The notes below the pieces were generated by a model. It did not search any database. It was not told where the DNA came from and saw only the letters and a program-made list of their open reading frames with translations. Source: Clostridiales bacterium (lineage in GTDB: Bacteria; Bacillota; Clostridia; Oscillospirales; CAG-272). Taken from it: a stretch of 17,580 bases of DNA. Positions within the stretch are counted from its first letter, which is position 1; every line of letters starts with the position of its first letter. The stretch spans positions 1-17,580 of the forward strand of contig DXYE01000055.1 of the NCBI GenBank assembly GCA_019415985.1, given 5' to 3'. A program made the position numbers and the translations under genes. Positions 15,173-17,580 of this stretch are shown here, one piece after another.

Positions 15173-16651
15173 ATGCGGCGCTATTTTATGCTGAAGATCA
15201 CCATATGTGCACTATTCTTTATACTTTGTCCAAGTGTTACAGGAATATCTGCCACAGAATGCGATGAGCCGCAGGCAGATAATATAACCGGTTTATCGCA
15301 GTTGTCGGTTAGTGGATTTAATCTTCCGTGGGTGCTGACAGACCAAGACAACGGGACATATACGGCGGCAACATCGGAAGGAAATATTGCCATATTTAAT
15401 GAGGAAGGAATTGGGTCCATTTATTTGATATTCGACCGCATTCCACCGGCCTGGCAGGTAACCGATATAGAAACGGGCAGGACAATCGACTTTGAACAGG
15501 CAGGCTTTCTCCATACATATGTGGACCTTGAGGAAAGTTTTGGATATATACCGTTACATCTCTCTATACAGTTTTCAGCCGGTGTTTCCATTGCGGAGAT
15601 CTATGTATTTTCAGAGGGAAATGCGCCGGAATGGGTACAGAAATGGCTCCCTCCGTGCAGCAGTGCGGATCTGCTTCTTCTCTCTTCACACGCAGACGAT
15701 GAACAGCTCTTTTTTGCGGGCATACTTCCGTATTATGCAGGAGAGCTTGGTTATCAGGTACAGGTCATATATCTAACCAGTCATTTTTTCAATACACATA
15801 TCAGACCACACGAACAGCTTGACGGCCTTTGGGCAGTAGGGGTAAGGAATTATCCGATAATTTCGGATTTTCCAGATCTATATTCAGAATCTATGGAGGA
15901 GGCACTGGAACAATATGAGCGATATGGTTACCAATATACGGACTTTGTTGCCTTTATAACAGAAAATCTGCGGAGATTTAAACCGTTGGTTGTGGTCTCT
16001 CACGATATCAAAGGAGAATACGGTCACGGTACGCATATTCTTTGTACGGAAGCGCTCAGGGAATCGCTTCAGCTTTGCCTGGACCCCAAAGCATATGAGG
16101 CCAGCGCAGACAAATATGGCACATGGGAACCAAAGAAGACATATCTGCATTTATATCCTGAAAACAAAATTGTCATGGATTGGGACATCCCACTCGATAA
16201 ATTCGGTGGAAAAACAGCGTTTCAGATGTCACAGGAGGGATTTTCATATCATACCTCACAGCATTGGACCTGGTTTAATAAGTGGCTGAATGGAACACAG
16301 GCCAATCCTGTTCGGAAAGCTGCTGAAATCAGCGTTTATTCACCCTGTCTTTACGGTTTATATCAGACAACGGTAGGCTATGACCGATATGGAGGCGACT
16401 TTTTTGAAAATATTGATCTCCATATCTCGAATGAAACTGAAATTATTTCAGATACAATATCTGTGAGTGAGAGCATTACGGAACCGGATACATCTCAGAC
16501 CGAGGCATGCTCTGAGATGACGCTGAACGAACAGAATGAAAAGAGTAACAGCTATCTCTTTGTAATTGCGCTGCCGATCGTTGCCCTCATAATAACGTTG
16601 GTGTTGGTGTTTCTTGCGGTGAGGCAAAAAAAGCGTGAACAATATTTATAA
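15173..16651 (+). CDS. PIG-L/LmbE-family deacetylase (GlcNAc-PI de-N-acetylase-like) with an N-terminal signal peptide, a ~150 aa unknown N-terminal domain and a C-terminal TM anchor
   Basis: Signal peptide MRRYFMLKITICALFFILCPSVTG. PIG-L signature LLLLSSHADDEQLFFAGILPYYAGELGYQVQVIYLTSH (the hxHPDDE motif). C-terminal hydrophobic helix YLFVIALPIVALIITLVLVFLAV followed by RQKKREQYL. Confidence 0.7.
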   Translation: MRRYFMLKITICALFFILCPSVTGISATECDEPQADNITGLSQLSVSGFNLPWVLTDQDNGTYTAATSEGNIAIFNEEGIGSIYLIFDRIPPAWQVTDIETGRTIDFEQAGFLHTYVDLEESFGYIPLHLSIQFSAGVSIAEIYVFSEGNAPEWVQKWLPPCSSADLLLLSSHADDEQLFFAGILPYYAGELGYQVQVIYLTSHFFNTHIRPHEQLDGLWAVGVRNYPIISDFPDLYSESMEEALEQYERYGYQYTDFVAFITENLRRFKPLVVVSHDIKGEYGHGTHILCTEALRESLQLCLDPKAYEASADKYGTWEPKKTYLHLYPENKIVMDWDIPLDKFGGKTAFQMSQEGFSYHTSQHWTWFNKWLNGTQANPVRKAAEISVYSPCLYGLYQTTVGYDRYGGDFFENIDLHISNETEIISDTISVSESITEPDTSQTEACSEMTLNEQNEKSNSYLFVIALPIVALIITLVLVFLAVRQKKREQYL

Positions 16652-16704
16652 ATATTCAGACCGCTTTAAGGGGATCAAAAACAAAATTACAAGTGCATTG
16701 TACA

Positions 16705-16746
16705 CCCACGCGCCAGCAAGCCGGCGTGCGGGGCGGGCGTTTCTTA
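16705..16746 (+). terminator. Possible terminator (GC-rich dyad plus short T tract) after the deacetylase gene
   Basis: cacgcgcc-agcaagcc-ggcgtgcg dyad and ggggcgggcg are followed by tttctt. The geometry is imperfect. Confidence 0.3.
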
Positions 16747-16777
16747 AATTACGACAAATAATTGAAAGGAATCAGCG

Positions 16778-17476
16778 ATGAAAGCACAGGAAAGCATTGT
16801 TGAAAAAATTAGACTGCAGCTTTACGCACTGTCTGAACCGAAATATCGCCATTTTCAGTGCGGTCTTATGCCGACGGTAGATCCGGAATCGGTACTTGGA
16901 ATACGGACGCCAAAATTAAGGAGTTATGCGAAGTCCCTGGCTGGAACTCCGGATGCTCAGTTATTTCTCAAATGTCTGCCGCATAAATATTATGAGGAAA
17001 ACAATCTGCATGGTTTTCTGATAGAGCAGCAGAAGGACTATCAAGAAGCCGTTTCTGCCATGGATGCTTTCCTTCCTTACATTGACAATTGGGCTACCTG
17101 TGATATGATAACGCCAAAAGTTTTTAAAAAGCACTTGCCAGAACTTGAAGAAAAAATATTAGATTGGATTCATGACGATCATACCTATACCATTCGATTT
17201 GGCGTTAACATGCTGATGAAGTTTTATCTGGATAATTATTTTAAGGAGGAATATCTAGCGCTTGTGGCAGATATAAGATCGGAAGAATATTATGTTAAAA
17301 TGGTCATTGCATGGTATTTTGCGACAGCACTGGCAAAACAGAGCGATGCTGCGCTGCCATATATAAAGGCACAACGCTTGGACAAATGGACACATAACAA
17401 GGCAATACAGAAGGCGTTGGAAAGTTATCGCGTCGACAATGAAAAGAAGGTCTACCTAAGAAAACTGAAGGTGTAA
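16778..17476 (+). CDS. DNA alkylation repair enzyme (AlkC/AlkD-like HEAT-repeat DNA glycosylase family)
   Basis: 232 aa all-helical protein. The pattern RxxxxLGIRTPKLRSYAKSLAG...FLPYIDNWATCDMITPKVFKKHLPE...VKMVIAWYFATALAKQ...LESYRV resembles the DNA_alkylation repair family (AlkD-like HEAT repeats). Confidence 0.65.
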   Translation: MKAQESIVEKIRLQLYALSEPKYRHFQCGLMPTVDPESVLGIRTPKLRSYAKSLAGTPDAQLFLKCLPHKYYEENNLHGFLIEQQKDYQEAVSAMDAFLPYIDNWATCDMITPKVFKKHLPELEEKILDWIHDDHTYTIRFGVNMLMKFYLDNYFKEEYLALVADIRSEEYYVKMVIAWYFATALAKQSDAALPYIKAQRLDKWTHNKAIQKALESYRVDNEKKVYLRKLKV

Positions 17477-17538
17477 AGGGGGATGGAGCAAATTCTAAAA
17501 AATAGAATCATATTTTTGTAATTAAATTTTTAAATCTC

Positions 17539-17567
17539 TTGCTAAACTTTGTATCTTGTGGTATAAT
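17539..17567 (+). promoter_or_regulatory. Near-consensus sigma-A promoter (TTGCTA - 17 - TGgTATAAT) reading out of the window
   Basis: -35 TTGCTA at 17539-17544, exact 17 nt spacer, extended-10 TG at 17559-17560 and TATAAT at 17562-17567. No gene start lies within the remaining 13 nt. Confidence 0.6.
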
Positions 17568-17580
17568 ATACACGACGTAG

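Noticed and set aside
1-17580. CRISPR arrays, IS elements / transposases, integrases, rRNA
   Set aside because: There are no regularly spaced direct repeats and no transposase or integrase-like ORF in the six-frame track. No rRNA-like conserved segments were recognised.

Overview
This is a plus-strand-only stretch of what looks like a Firmicutes/Clostridia-type chromosome; that placement is inferred from gene content (dapF plus an LL-DAP aminotransferase dapL, a YlmC/YmxH-like PRC-barrel gene, rpsB-tsf) and AT-rich intergenic regions. Recognisable core genes are clpB, rtcB, dapF, dapL, rpsB and tsf. Also present are a PIG-L/LmbE-family deacetylase with a signal peptide and C-terminal TM anchor, and an AlkD-like DNA alkylation repair gene. 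The most interesting segment is about 3640-8990. It has its own extended -10 promoter and contains two tandem WYL-domain regulators separated by a single in-frame TGA. These are followed by a ~540 nt ORF-poor region rich in stable hairpins with a perfect tRNA-type T-arm, then an SPFH/band-7 protein with a triplicated N-terminal module, then RtcB RNA ligase and a terminator. I read this as a candidate WYL-regulated RNA-repair or stress/defence cassette with an associated tRNA-mimic ncRNA. The role of the WYL regulators and of the RNA is inference, not demonstrated. Other points: an RHH-domain protein directly upstream of clpB with no CtsR/CIRCE operators visible, a 670 nt ORF-poor region with perfect GC hairpins upstream of dapF, and strong promoters and terminators at several gene boundaries. 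No CRISPR array, IS element or rRNA was detected. All protein calls rest on motif recognition by eye from the supplied translations, because no database search could be run.
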